Shown here in pieces: positions 25,307 to 38,138 of a DNA stretch of 64,000 nucleotides. The notes under the pieces were generated by a model. That model was not told where the DNA came from. It saw only the letters and a list, made by a program, of their open reading frames with translations, and ran no database searches. The stretch lies in the NCBI GenBank assembly GCA_043228905.1, contig JBHGNT010000018.1, positions 7,502,001-7,566,000 of the forward strand, given 5' to 3'. Position 1 is the first letter of the stretch, and each line of letters begins with the position of its first letter. The translations under genes and the position numbers were made by a program. Source of the DNA: Azolla caroliniana. Its lineage: Eukaryota > Plantae > Polypodiophyta.

Positions 25307-26361
25307 GGGAAGTAATGTGGCCTTGAAATGGAAGGAGGTTTTTGATAATATGCTAGGGAACTGTTGTGGGCAAATTACCTCACAAAAAGGGACAAGAGTA
25401 AAATACTAAGGGGATTTAAGTATGGAGGCCTGAAGTTCTAAGTATTATAGGAAAGCTAAGTCTACATAAATGTCTCTCTCTTTATATATACATGCATACA
25501 TGTGTGTGTGTGGAGAACCCATACCCAGTTAAGGTAAGAACAGAGGGCCATGGAAATCAACATTATTTCTGACAAAGGAAATCTTCTGGGTATGGGAAAA
25601 AGGGAATGGGCAAATTCAAAACCTCATTCCAATGTTCATGGGCACTTCATTCTTTGTCAGAAGCAAAAAAATAAAAATAAAAATAAAAATGAAAGGCAGC
25701 AGGTTTGACGAAGCAATGCTTTTCAAAGAGCATGTGTGTGAAAAACCCCAAAAAAAAAAGACCAAAAGAAAGAAAAAAAACAGAGTTACCTTTTGACCTA
25801 TCATCATGTGTTGTTTGGTCCTTTAGAGACATGGGCAAATTGGGTCTTATTCTTCTCTTCTCCTTATTCGACAGGAAATTCTGCTTTCCTCTTCATAATG
25901 GTGTGAAAATCCATGGAAAGAAGGAAAAGGTGAGTTTAAAAAAAAAAGGAAAGAAGAAAGGAAGTATACAGACCACCAAATCAAAAGGAGAATTTGTTTT
26001 CCCATGACGAATGAGATTGATGGGTAAAAGCAGAGGAGGGGAGGCATATACATAATCATTTTTATAGAAACCCAATGTCTGCTCTTTGGGGCATTCAGGA
26101 TTTTCATTAACGTGTGATCGATCTGTTTTCTGTTCAGAGGAGATGAACTAAACACACAGAAAAAATGGGGATATGGAGGGTATAAATTATATGATGTGGT
26201 GTGTGCTTTTTTGAAAAGGAAACATTGGGGATTCCTAAATTCCTATAAAACGATGGATCCTTCCTTGGTCGAGAGATATATAAAACAGGGGAAAACAGGG
26301 GACCCATTTTCCCATTGGAAATTTGTGACTAAAAGGAAAGGGGAGAAAATTTTAATCTGAT

Positions 26362-26820
26362 ATATGTATGTATGTATGTATGTATGTATCCATGAATGTT
26401 TGTATGTATGTATGTATGTATGTATGTATGTATGTATGTATGTATGTATGTATGTATGTATGTATGTATGTATGTATGTATGTTTGTATGCATGCATGTA
26501 TGTATGTATGAATGCATGCATGCATGTATGTATGTATGTATGTTTGTATGTATGTATGTATGTATGTATGTATGTATGTATGTATGTATATATGTATATA
26601 TGTATGTTTGTATGCATGCATGTATGTTTGTATGCATGCATGTATGTATGTATGAATGCATGCATGCATGTATGTATGTATGTATGTATGTATGTATGTA
26701 TGTATGTATGTATGTATGTATGTATGCATGCATGTATATATGTATGTATGGATGTATGGATGGATGGATGTATGCATGGATGAATGCATGTATGCATGCA
26801 TGTATGTCTGTATGTATGTT
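26362..26820. repeat. Long (TATG)n/(CATG) microsatellite upstream of TPP
   Basis: ~460 bp of tatg with catg/gatg variants; further (TG)/(TATG) tracts at ~27145-27250. Confidence 0.97.
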
Positions 26821-27690
26821 TTTTTATTTATTTAAATGAAGATATCCTGTCATTAGTGTAACCATCTTTACAAGATTTTAAATTCTATGTGATCGGTGGG
26901 GGAAACAACCATTTCGGAGGTTGAAATTGCCAATAAGGAGTACCATAATTGGCTGTCATGAATGGAGTAGCTTTCCATATAGTGATAAACTCATGCCGTT
27001 GAGCAATTTTAGCATCAGTACCTCCAACAATACCATCCCATTGTCCCTTCAAAAGTATGAACTATGTCTAACTAAATATTTGAAACCAATTCAGCCGGTG
27101 GTGTTTTAAGTTGATGGAAAATGAGAGAACACCTAACCTTCCAAATGTATGTATGTATGTTGTGTGTGTGTATGTGTGTGTGTATGTGTGTGTGTATGTG
27201 TGTGTCTCTGTATGTATGTATGTATGTATGTATGTATGTATAATGTGTGTGCTTTTTTGTCTTGCATTTTGTAGTGTGAGAAAGGGGGCATTTTATAATT
27301 TGTGTGCTTGCTTTGTTGGACTCTCTTTTAATCCCTTCCTTTTACTAGGGAAATTGGTGAGTTCAAAAGGTGGGGGTAAATTTGTACATATTGCTCTACG
27401 GTCGGTCGCCTCTTCTGCGGGAAACAAACCGTCACTCGTGTACGACTCTGAATGAGAGAGAAACTCTTTCTGCTTCCGTGAATATGATGGGAAATTTGAT
27501 TGGAAAATTAATGGGAAATCAAAGCAAAGGAAACAAAAACAAAATAACACAATGAGACACGAGAGAACACACACACACACACACTTACGGTCTTACCCAT
27601 TACATGACGGACCTTGGAATTGATGGGAATCTTTATTCCATACAAAGTATGTACGCCATTGGCCTCTTCTTTGTGTGTGTGCATGTGACC

Positions 27691-27698
27691 CACGTGTC
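27691..27698. promoter_or_regulatory. Possible ABRE/G-box (CACGTGTC); second CACGTGGC at 28464-28471
   Basis: Motif match upstream of TPP only; function not shown. Confidence 0.3.
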
Positions 27699-30600
27699 TT
27701 TGTCATGACCCCCCTTACAGTTAGTGATGGGAAAACGGTGGGATGTCAGTGGAAGAAGATGCCAGGCAATTCGTCTTCTTTTTAATTTCTTTCTTCTTGT
27801 TGCTCGTATATCTTAGAAATTGGAACCTGCAAGTACACTTTGATGGTAACCATATGTATGTTGACACTCAGACGACATATTTGTGGATGAAATGCCCACT
27901 CTCTATGCCAATTTCAGAAAAAAACAAGCAAATATGACAAACACCCAATGATCTAGTTGACTGCCACCTAGCAAAGATTTTTTTGGATTGATCTATACCA
28001 CAACTCAATCCCAAGAGCCCACCTCACATCCCTCTGTGTGTGACCATTTTCCATCGTGGCTCCACAATCTACTTGTGGGAAATTAATAACCATGTTTTTG
28101 GTGGCTATAATATCGAATGTGTTTATTTATTTTCTTCTCATGAAATATTATTTACATGTTTGTTTTCCTTTGACCTTTTTGTCTCGTACACTTGTTTTAA
28201 CACACCACACACAAGACATCACTTTTACCCCTTCACCAAGTCGTCGAAACTGTGAAAATGTGCATTACAAGCCAACATTTTAGTCAATGATAGGGCCATT
28301 TGCATATAGATAGCTCCTTCCATGTACAATCAAGTTTGGACTCTAGATCAAACTCCACACTTTGGGTTTTACTTATAAACAAGGGCAAGTTGGTTAGTTT
28401 CTTAAGCATTTTCCATTCATTCTTGTTACTATGTCTCAAGCTAGTTTTGGTTGAACATGCTCTCACGTGGCTCCATGCATTACACAAGTTCCACCTCCCC
28501 TTGTTATCATACAAGCTACTACCATAGGCATTGTTGAGTGTGTCATTAAGGACGCCAAAGGTACATTGTAAAATTATGGAAAGCTAATACATGTGAATGG
28601 TAGCTTTAACTTTTAGGTGCCAATCATAAATTATGTTGGGCACAAAAACATGAATGTTGAGAGCAAGTTGCTCATTGGTTGACTTTTCTTGCAAAAGGAC
28701 TAAGATGCTTCTTATAAAAGATGAAAGATTTGCAAAGCTACCAACTGCATAATTAAAAATTCCTACCTAGTTGACATTCTAACATGTGTTAAATGATGCA
28801 CAATTATAATGGTGGAATTTCCATTATACCCTATTCAAAATCCAACATGTTTAACCAATGGGCAAATTCAATACCAATTTTATTACTTTTCTAAAATTCT
28901 CACACTCAAATTAGTCTTGAAAAGTAAAAATACTAATTTCTAGAGGCATTTATGGCCCAAATACATTGCACATAGTACCTAATGCGAGAATCGGTTAGGG
29001 TTAGGTTAAATATAAAGGCCAATTTTAAATGTACCTAACATGTCTGTGTCAATGTTCCTAGTTACCATCCATCATTGACATATTCAAGTCAACGAATAAA
29101 TTATGAATGATTATATAGGTCACTCACTCATGAACCTTATCTTCAAAGGTTGATAATAACAAATTTGTTAGTAGACGACAAAAAATCCACAATTTATGCT
29201 AATTTACTCCAATATTGTCTTTCAATTATCCCAACAAATGTAGGTTAAATGCTTCTCTCTCTTCACCATAGATGTTTTGGTATACCTATACTTGGAGGTC
29301 CAATATATTGAAGACATGAAATCACTTATAATAAAATGATAGTGGCTACTTAATTCACAAATTATGAGAACATTTGTGTAACATACGTTGCCGAAGTTTT
29401 AGATAATCATGAAAGGCGGATAGTATGGAGTGATCATGAATAAAAGTAGGATTCTAATTTTGTGGGCTATATGATCATATTGGTTAAGCTTAGGCATTAC
29501 AAACACCACCATGTGGTTTTAGATATAGGTTATGCAAGATGATTATGAAAAATTGTAAAGCATGTAGAAATAAACATCAGCCATATGGCTCATTGATATT
29601 ATTTTGGTAATCTTCTTGAAAATGACAGTGTTAGCATATAGGTGTGCAAAGTGTTTTCTTTCTAGAATAGCTCGCCAATTGAGACTCAACCCGAAAGATT
29701 GAGGTGAATAGTAAGAGGTCTTTGAGTTGTGTATCTCTTGTTATGTCTCATTTCTAATTAACCCTATCAATATCATATATCAAAATAAAGCCTCGTACTA
29801 AAAATATGTGCGTAACATTGTGGAGTATTTTGTTTTTCTTTATTTTTTAAGAGGTTTTTGTGGGTGCTTAATACAAAGGAGTGAAAACCATCAGACATAT
29901 TGTGTTTACCGAGGTAATCGAGAGCAATGATGTTGGAAATCCAACAACGTTGAGGGATTTTTCTCTATTTAAGAAATATTTTTAAATTGAATTACAATAT
30001 TGATTTAACTAGCATGTGAAACCAAATGATCAATAGGGATCATGTGATTAAAATTGGGAGTAATATTGAGATTATGATTGAGACTAACTACATATTAGGA
30101 TTTTGAACTTCCAATGCATACATGTGTATCCTAGATCTAGACAAATTGAGCATGTAATGGAAAGATAGTTGATTTAGTTATTGATAGGAAGAGTGCATAC
30201 ACTTTCGCAAGACATGAGGGGGACATGTGACAATGATGAATTTTTTTGTTTCAAATTACAACCTCTAAGAAACAAGAAGATTGTTTACTAAAGGTGTTGA
30301 TAGATAAGTCCTCATTTTGTAAGCTCTTGTTGTTATTCTCATAAGAAGTAAAGTGCATTGACAATGATGATCAAATTTAATCAAGTGCATGAATTTGATA
30401 TTCACATGCTCCACTAGTGATATGACAATGGTTTGGTAAAGGAGAGAGTGTGTTAGATGAAATAAGTAATATTACACCCCCAAACTATCATCATGCTCTC
30501 ACAATAATTGATGGAACCTCACTAATACGAAATTCCAAGGGGAAACTTTTGCCTCAAGGAATAGGAGGTTTCGAGATCCATAAGTTTGATAGAACCAACT

Positions 30601-31736
30601 TTTTTGTGGAAGAACAAATTTGTGATGTTTTAGTTCAAAGCAAACAATGAACCAACTTTTCTATGTGGAAGATTCAAATTTGTAAGGTTTTGTATATCAA
30701 CAACTTTGACGCCATTGTTCAACAATGGAGGAGACCGAGGATCAACAATGGTGAAGTTATTAGCCTCATGTGCACATTTCCCAAGTCATGGGACATCTTC
30801 AACACAACTCTTTGTACAAGTGCATCAAAAAGTAGAGATGCATAACACAAAAATGTAAATCACTTCTCAATGAGGAGATCTCTTAAAGGTGTATGGTTGA
30901 TGCACAAGATGGTGAAGTGTACAATATGCAAGATCCATTCAAGTAAGGCCCTAAATGGATTTTCAGAAAAAGTGAGGTAGTTGCCCACCTCCTTCTCAAA
31001 TGATGATATAGGAAATCAACATCCTGTTAAAGAGGACAAAGAGGATAGAAAATCATAAATTCACCTTCCTCCATGGGGTCCTCAAGGATGTAGTGTATAT
31101 GGAGCAAGCCATCAACTTTGTACAATGAAATAAGGAGGAAATAGTTTGAAGACTAAAGAAGAGCCTTACAACTTGAATCATGCGCCCTAATAATGGTATT
31201 TGAAGTTTGAATCATTTATATCGTCAAAATGTTTCTACCACAATAATGAGGACTCTTGCCTATACATTGAATAGAGCATGATGACATTTTAATCCTCCTC
31301 CAAAACTTTGGCATGAAGGCATTGTAATGGTTATCGGATGGGATGTAACATTATAGCAATTAATGTAAAATGTATGATTAGACACCTATACAACAATAGA
31401 GAGGTTGAATATAAAATTACAAGGGCATTATAAGTATTAAGGTATCTAATCATTGGTTTAAGAGAGATTTAAACATGTACTTGGCATGGGCAACAAGCTT
31501 TTGTAATCATATGCTTAGACAACATCCTTTCTAGCTTATGTGTTGGAGGAGATAAATAGAAATTAGATTCAAATTCTCCGATTTTGAGGTTGATACTTTG
31601 TCTATATCTCTTCTCTTAGAAAGGACTCATATACAAGATATGTTTATGTAAAAGAATAGTGTGTGCGGAAACGTATGTGAAGCATAGAGTACACAGTTTA
31701 GAGAACGACAATTTGGTAAAACACAGAAAACGCAGA

Positions 31737-31815
<79 letters not shown>

Positions 31816-34112
31816 CAACTCAGTTCTATTTCAAAATAATGATACTCTGTACATACTTTGTGCTCAGTGAGCACCTTTTATACAAGCCCTTACTATCGGG
31901 CTGACACAAGTACTGATAGTACTTGACTGCTCATAAATGAGCCTACTACACTAACTCCCAAAATTATTCCTTACGAGGAATACTATATTCACGACCTTTC
32001 GGTTTACGCACCGATACGGCCACGTTATGCGTACTGTTTTACGCACCCAGTCTACGCACTGGGTTATGCACCCAATGTTGAGCTTGTCACTCAACACTCC
32101 CCCTCAAGCTCAACTTGAAGTTCCACATGATCCTCCGGATCTTCACTCCAACTTCTCCTGGCTTCATGCCTTGCTCGTGCTCCTCGACCTGTTCGATTTC
32201 GCGCTCCTCGACCCTTCTGGTCGGCTAGTCTGCTCATTTGTCCCTTCTCAGCTTCCTTGTTGTTGCGGTGTTGGCGCCTCTTCCACTGCCCTTTCCTCCG
32301 CTTGGACCTCAATTGATTCGTAATATATCCAAATCGAACATTTCGATTGAATCGGTCTCTTCCGATTCAATTCCACTTACATCCGAATTAGCTGTCTCCA
32401 ATTCTTCTTCAGTCTTTAGGCCTTTGACAATGTCAGACCACGTCTTGGTCTTGGCCTTACCTCCCCCTGATTCGGATGTCCTCGACTCTTCCCTACGATT
32501 ACGACCCTTGCTCTCTTCTTCGGTTTCTTCCGCCGGCCCGAAATTGAGTTCTACATCCGACTCCGCATCACGGTCACTTCCGCCGCGATGATCACCTTCG
32601 CTCCTTTCACTCTCTTGTTCTTGTCTCCCCCTCAAGTTCGGCATGTTGAGGTGATGCAAACCCAACTCACCCGAGAAATGTCGCAACTTGTCGAGACCAA
32701 GAGGTTTGGTGAAGATGTCGGCAACCTGCCAATCAGTCAGAACATGCACCAATTCGACTTCACCTGAAAGGACCCACTCGCGGACAAAATGGTAATGCAC
32801 CTCAATGTGCTTGGTCTGGGTGTGGAACACGGGGTTTTTCGCAAGGTGGATATTGTTGAGGTTGTTGCAATAGATCGTCTTTGGATCAGACACCTCTACA
32901 TGTAGATCCCGTAACAACCGTTTCAGCCAAATGACTTCGCACGTAGCGACAGTCGCCCCTCGATATTCGGCCTCCATGCTCGATAGTGCTACTGTCAGCT
33001 ACTTCTTACTGCTCCACGCGATCGCCGCACTTCCTAATGAGAAGGTGTATCCAGATGTGGATCTATGATCAATGGCGTTTCTGGTCCAATCGGCATCTAT
33101 GTAGCCAACCAACTATTCGGCTACGCCTGCCCGATACAACAACACCATGTCTTTCATGCCGCTGACATATCTCAATATCCTTTGCGTGCACTGAAAGTGT
33201 TCGGCCATAGGCTACGACATAAACTGACTGATTAAGCTGATCGGGAAACTAAGATCCGGTCGAGTAATCGTCAAATAGATGAGGCTTCCGATGATTTGTC
33301 GAAACCGTGTCGGGTCGCACGCCTTTCCCAAATCTCGGCGAAGCTTTGCGTTTTTGTCCAAAGGGGTTGTGATGGGCTTACAATTTTCCATCTCGAACTT
33401 GAAGAGCATATTCAGCGTGTAATGACGCTGGCTGATCAATATGCCTTGGGGGTATAGATCACTTCGATCCCGATGAAGTAGTGAAGGTCTCCAAGATCCT
33501 TCATTTCAAATGATGCCGCAAGTTGAGACTTTACATGGCAGATTTCGTTCATGTCGGCATCGGCAATGATTAAATCATCAACATATAACAAAAGGCTTAG
33601 CGGGCTATGTTGATCTTGCCGAACAAATAATGAAGAGTCAGACTTCCATGTCAAAAACCCCATCTTATGCAACCGTTGCGTAATCTTTGCGTTCCAAGCT
33701 CGCGGGGCTTGCTTGAGTCCGTAAAGTGACTTCTTTAGTCGGCAAACTGCCGAAGTGTTCTGTTCGGATAGAAATCCGGGGGGATGTACCATGTATACAT
33801 GTTCCTCAAGATCGCCTTGCAGGAACGCGTTCTTTACATCCATTTGATGTAAATGCCACCCCTTCGCCGCTGCTACGACTAGCAGGAGACACACAGTAGT
33901 CATCTTCGCAACCGGTGCGAAGGTCTCATCGTAATCCACGCCGTGCTTCTGCGCATAACCTTTCGCAACTAATTGGGCCTTATATCGGTTGACAGAGCTG
34001 TCCATGTTGTATTTGACCTTGTACACCCACCTACATCCAATCGGCTTCACACCCTTTGGTGCGTCAACCAGGTCCCACGTCTCATTCTGCGTTAAAACGC
34101 GCGCATCTCTTT

Positions 34113-37100
34113 TGTGAAAGATTATGTGCGGAAGCAATAGAAAACGAACACAGAGAAAATACACAGGTTTAATGGAGAGCTTGAATATACACAATACGCG
34201 GGAGAGACAGAGAGAGAACACATAGAAGCTAAATTCAAAAAATACTAATTCTCTGTACATACACCGTGCTTAGTGAGCACCTTTATACAAGCCCTGACAA
34301 TCGGGCTAACAATACTTGACTGCTCATAAATGAGCCTCAACACTTACTCCCAAAACTATTCCTTACAAGGAATATCTCTCTAACGGCCTTTCGGTTTACG
34401 CACCGATACGGCCTCTCGTTACGCACCGGTTTGCGTATCCGTTTTACGCACCGGTCTGGCCTAACTGATCGGTCCCAACCGATCCGGTCCTTGGCTTGCT
34501 AAGCCGATCCGGCCGACGTTGAGCTTGTCTCTCAACACTCCCCCTCAAGCTCAACTTGAGGCTCTTCGGGATCTTCGGGATCTTCGCTCCGGTTCCTCTT
34601 GGCTCCACGCCTCGCTCGCGCTCCTCGGCCTATTCGATTCCGCGCGCTTTGACCCTTCAGGTCGGCTTGTCTGCTCCCACAACCCTTCACAACTCCCTTG
34701 CTATCGCGGTGTTGACGCTTCTCCTACTGCCTTCTTTTCCGCTTGGCCCTCGGTTGATTCAGTGTATCCGAATCAAACATCTGAACCGACTCGGCTACCT
34801 CTGATCCGTTTTCGCTCTCGTCCAAGTTGGTTGTCTCCAACTCGTCTTCGGTCTTCTCGCCCTTGATGACGTCATCTCCCCCATGCTTGGTTGGATTCAG
34901 CTCTTTCTTTCGGTTGCTCCCCTTATGTTCGCTTTTGGACTCTACCGCGGATCCATCCTCGGCTTCTTTAGCCGATCCGAATTCGTCATCCGACTCGGCG
35001 TCGTGGTCTTCTCTGCTCCTTTCCTGCTTCCTTCCATAGTCATTCGGGACGTCTCTCCCCCTCAAGTTTGGCACGTTGAGGTGACGCAATCCAAGCGCAC
35101 CCGAGAATTGCCGCAACTTGTCTAGACCAAGGGGCTTGGTGAAGATGTCGGCAATTTGCTGATCCGTCGGAACATACTGAAGTTTGACCTCACCAGAAAG
35201 GACATGCTCACGGACAAAATGGTAGTGCACCTCAATGTGCTTGGTCCGTGTGTGGAAAACGGGGTTCTTTGCAAGCTGGATGCTGCTGAGGTTGTTGCAG
35301 TAGATCGTCGTCGGATCGGACACCTCCTCGTGCAGGTCCTTAAGTAGCCGCTTCAACCATATGGCTTCGCATGTCGCGACAACCGCTCCTCTATACTCAG
35401 CTTCGGTGCTCGACAATGCAACTGTCAGTTGCTTCTTACTGCTCCACGCTATCGCGGCACTCCCAAGAGAGAATGCGTATCCGGACGTGGATCGGTGGCG
35501 TCGCAAGCCCAATTAGCATCGATGTAGCTGACCAACTACGAGGTTGTACCGGTCCGATATAGTAGTCCCCGGTCCTTAGTGCCGATTACGTACCGCAGTA
35601 CGCATTGCGCACACTGAAGGTGCTCCTCGATAGGCCGCACCATAAACTAACTGATCACCCCGACTGGGTAGCTGAGATCTGGTCGGGTGATGGTCAAGTA
35701 TATAAGGCTGCCGACTATCTGTCGGAACCTCGTCGGGTCGCATACCTTTCTGGACTCGGGGCGAAGCTTGACGGTTCTATCCAGAGGAGTCGAGACGGAC
35801 TTATAGTCTGCCATCCCGAATTTGAAGAGCATATTTAGCGCGTAATGGCGTTGGCTGATCAATATGCCTTCGGGGGTACAGATCACTTCGATACCGAGGA
35901 AGTAATGAAGATCCCCCAGATCCTTCATGTCGAACGATGCCGCAAGCTGGAGCTTCACGCGGTCGATTTCACCTAGGTCGGCGCCGGTGATGACCAAGTC
36001 ATCAACATATAGTAGAATACTGACTGGACCGAGTCGACCTTTCTGGATGAACAGGGAAGAGTCCAATTTTGACGTTGCAAAGCCCATCCGACGTAGTTGC
36101 TGCATGATCTTCGCGTTCCAGGCACGCAGGGCTTGCTTTAGTCCGTAAAGGGACTTCTTCAATCGGCACACTACCGACGTGTTCGTTCCGGAGTGAAATC
36201 CGGGGGGCTGTACCATTCCTTATGGCTCGTCATGTGATTTGACGCGCCGGAGTCGACGTACCACACCTCGTCCGATTTCGGGGTGGTCTGCTTCATTGAG
36301 TTTGCTTCGTGTCTCGTCACGAAGACTGACCCTTTTCCGGTTTCTCTGGATCCTTCGGGGTAGTGCGATCGTTGCTGATTTCCTTTGTCGGTCTATTCGG
36401 AACCTGATCCGGACTCGGTTCTCTCCGAATCAGCGCGTTTTTTCCAGCACTCGCTCTCCCTGTGGCCTTTCTTGCCATAGTACCAGCATTCCGCGGAGGA
36501 TTTCCCTTGCCGGTTCTCGTCGCCTCGACTCCCCTTGTTTCCGGAGGGTCCGGAATTGCTATCGGCATCACTTCGGTGCCTTCTTCCTTGATCCTATCGG
36601 CCGCCTCCATTGCGTACCGACTCGCCTTGTCCACCACGACCATGGGGCCTATCTCCCTCCGTGTACATCATCTTGCTGTCGGCATGCGTGATTGTTGATG
36701 CACCCGCATGGTTCTCCTTTATAAGGAGCATCGACTATAAGTCGAAAAACGACGATGTATTCTCCCGTGTACACACAACAGTTCGGAACGCTCCGAACTT
36801 TGACGCCAAACCCCCGAGACAGACTTGGACCATCTCGCTTTCCTCGATGGTCACATTGATGGAAGCTAAGGAGTCGCATATGTCCTTGATCTTCGAGGTA
36901 TAGTCAGCCACCGAAAAATCGCGTTGTCGTAGGTTGCTCAACTCTTGTTGGAGCTGATGCTTCCTGGCTGTGGTGCTCGTGGCGAAGATCTTCTTGAGAT
37001 TTTCCACGCACCCTTCGGCGTTTTTGCATCCCGAACGTAGCTTAATAACTGTTCACCCACACAAGACGCGAAACAGTACAACACTCTGCTCGCCGATTGT

Positions 37101-37793
37101 TCCCACGTTGGGAAATCTTTGTGTGTCGATTCGGGTGTTGTGTCATTTGCTTCGTCGACATAGCTCTAGTAACCGTGCCCGAGCAGGTACTGGTGCATCT
37201 TGTAGGACCAAGACGCGTAATTGTTTCTGTTGAGCTTCTCTATTGGAAGCGAGCTAGCCATTCCTCTATCCATCGGTTTTGCCTATTCTTCTTGGTTAGT
37301 TTTTCTTTCAAGCTATGTCGGCTGTAGAGGTTCTCAACCCTCGCGCTCTGATACCATATGAAAGATTATGTGCGGAAGCAATAGAAAACGAACACAGAGA
37401 AAATACGCAGGTTTAATGGAGAGCTTGAATATACACAATACGCGGGAGAGACAGAGAGAGAACACACAGAAGCTAAATTCAAAAAATACTAATTCTCTGT
37501 ACATACATCGTGCTCAGTGAGCACCTTTATACAAGCCCTGACAATTGGGCTGACACAAGTATTGACAATACTTGACTGCTCATAAATGAGCCTCGACACT
37601 TACTCCCAAAACTATTCCTTACAAGGAATATCTCTCTAACGACCTTTCGGTTTACGCACTGATACAGCCTCTCGTTACGCACCGGTTTGCGTATCCGTTT
37701 TACGCACCGGTCCGGCCTAACTGATCGGTCCCAACCGATCTGGTCCTTGGCTTGCTTAGCTGATCCGGCTGACGTTGAGCTTGTCTCTCAACA
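34113..37793 (-). mobile_element. Ty1/Copia element B, a relative of A, internally deleted, inserted at the start of the RT of A
   Basis: LTRs 34113-34537 and 37357-37793; TSD TCTTT/TCTTC; iMet PBS; PPT; gag is joined directly to mid-RT (MVQPPGF) at ~36216. Confidence 0.92.
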
Positions 37794-38138
37794 TCTTCCT
37801 CCATTGCGGCATGCCAGTTTGCGTCTTTCGCCGTTTCTGCGTAGCTCTCTGGCTCACGCACTTCCGTCACTCGCGTCATGTACGCGTAATGATGCGCCAT
37901 GTACTCATTATACCCGTATCTCTTTACGGGGTTCATCAAGCGGGTAGATCGACGTAATTTGAGATTACCTGATTTCACAACCTTTTCGGCCGATTTTGAC
38001 CTCTTCTGCGGAGGTTCCTTTATGATCGGCTCGATGTCAGGTTCGCTCCAAATTGACTCGGCGCTGTCGAAATCGTACTCCGGCATTTTCTTCTTGCCCT
38101 TCTCCTTGCGCATAAACCGTCTCCTCGGTTCTTTACGC

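Noticed and set aside
26243-26839. Long HTYI/MYVC ORFs
   Set aside because: Translation artefacts of the TATG microsatellite.
25307-27700. Conserved peptide uORF known from some angiosperm TPP genes
   Set aside because: I found no KRWFFIDK-like peptide on the minus strand by eye.
28900-31600. AT-rich region that may be decayed transposon coding sequence
   Set aside because: No motif could be assigned with confidence.
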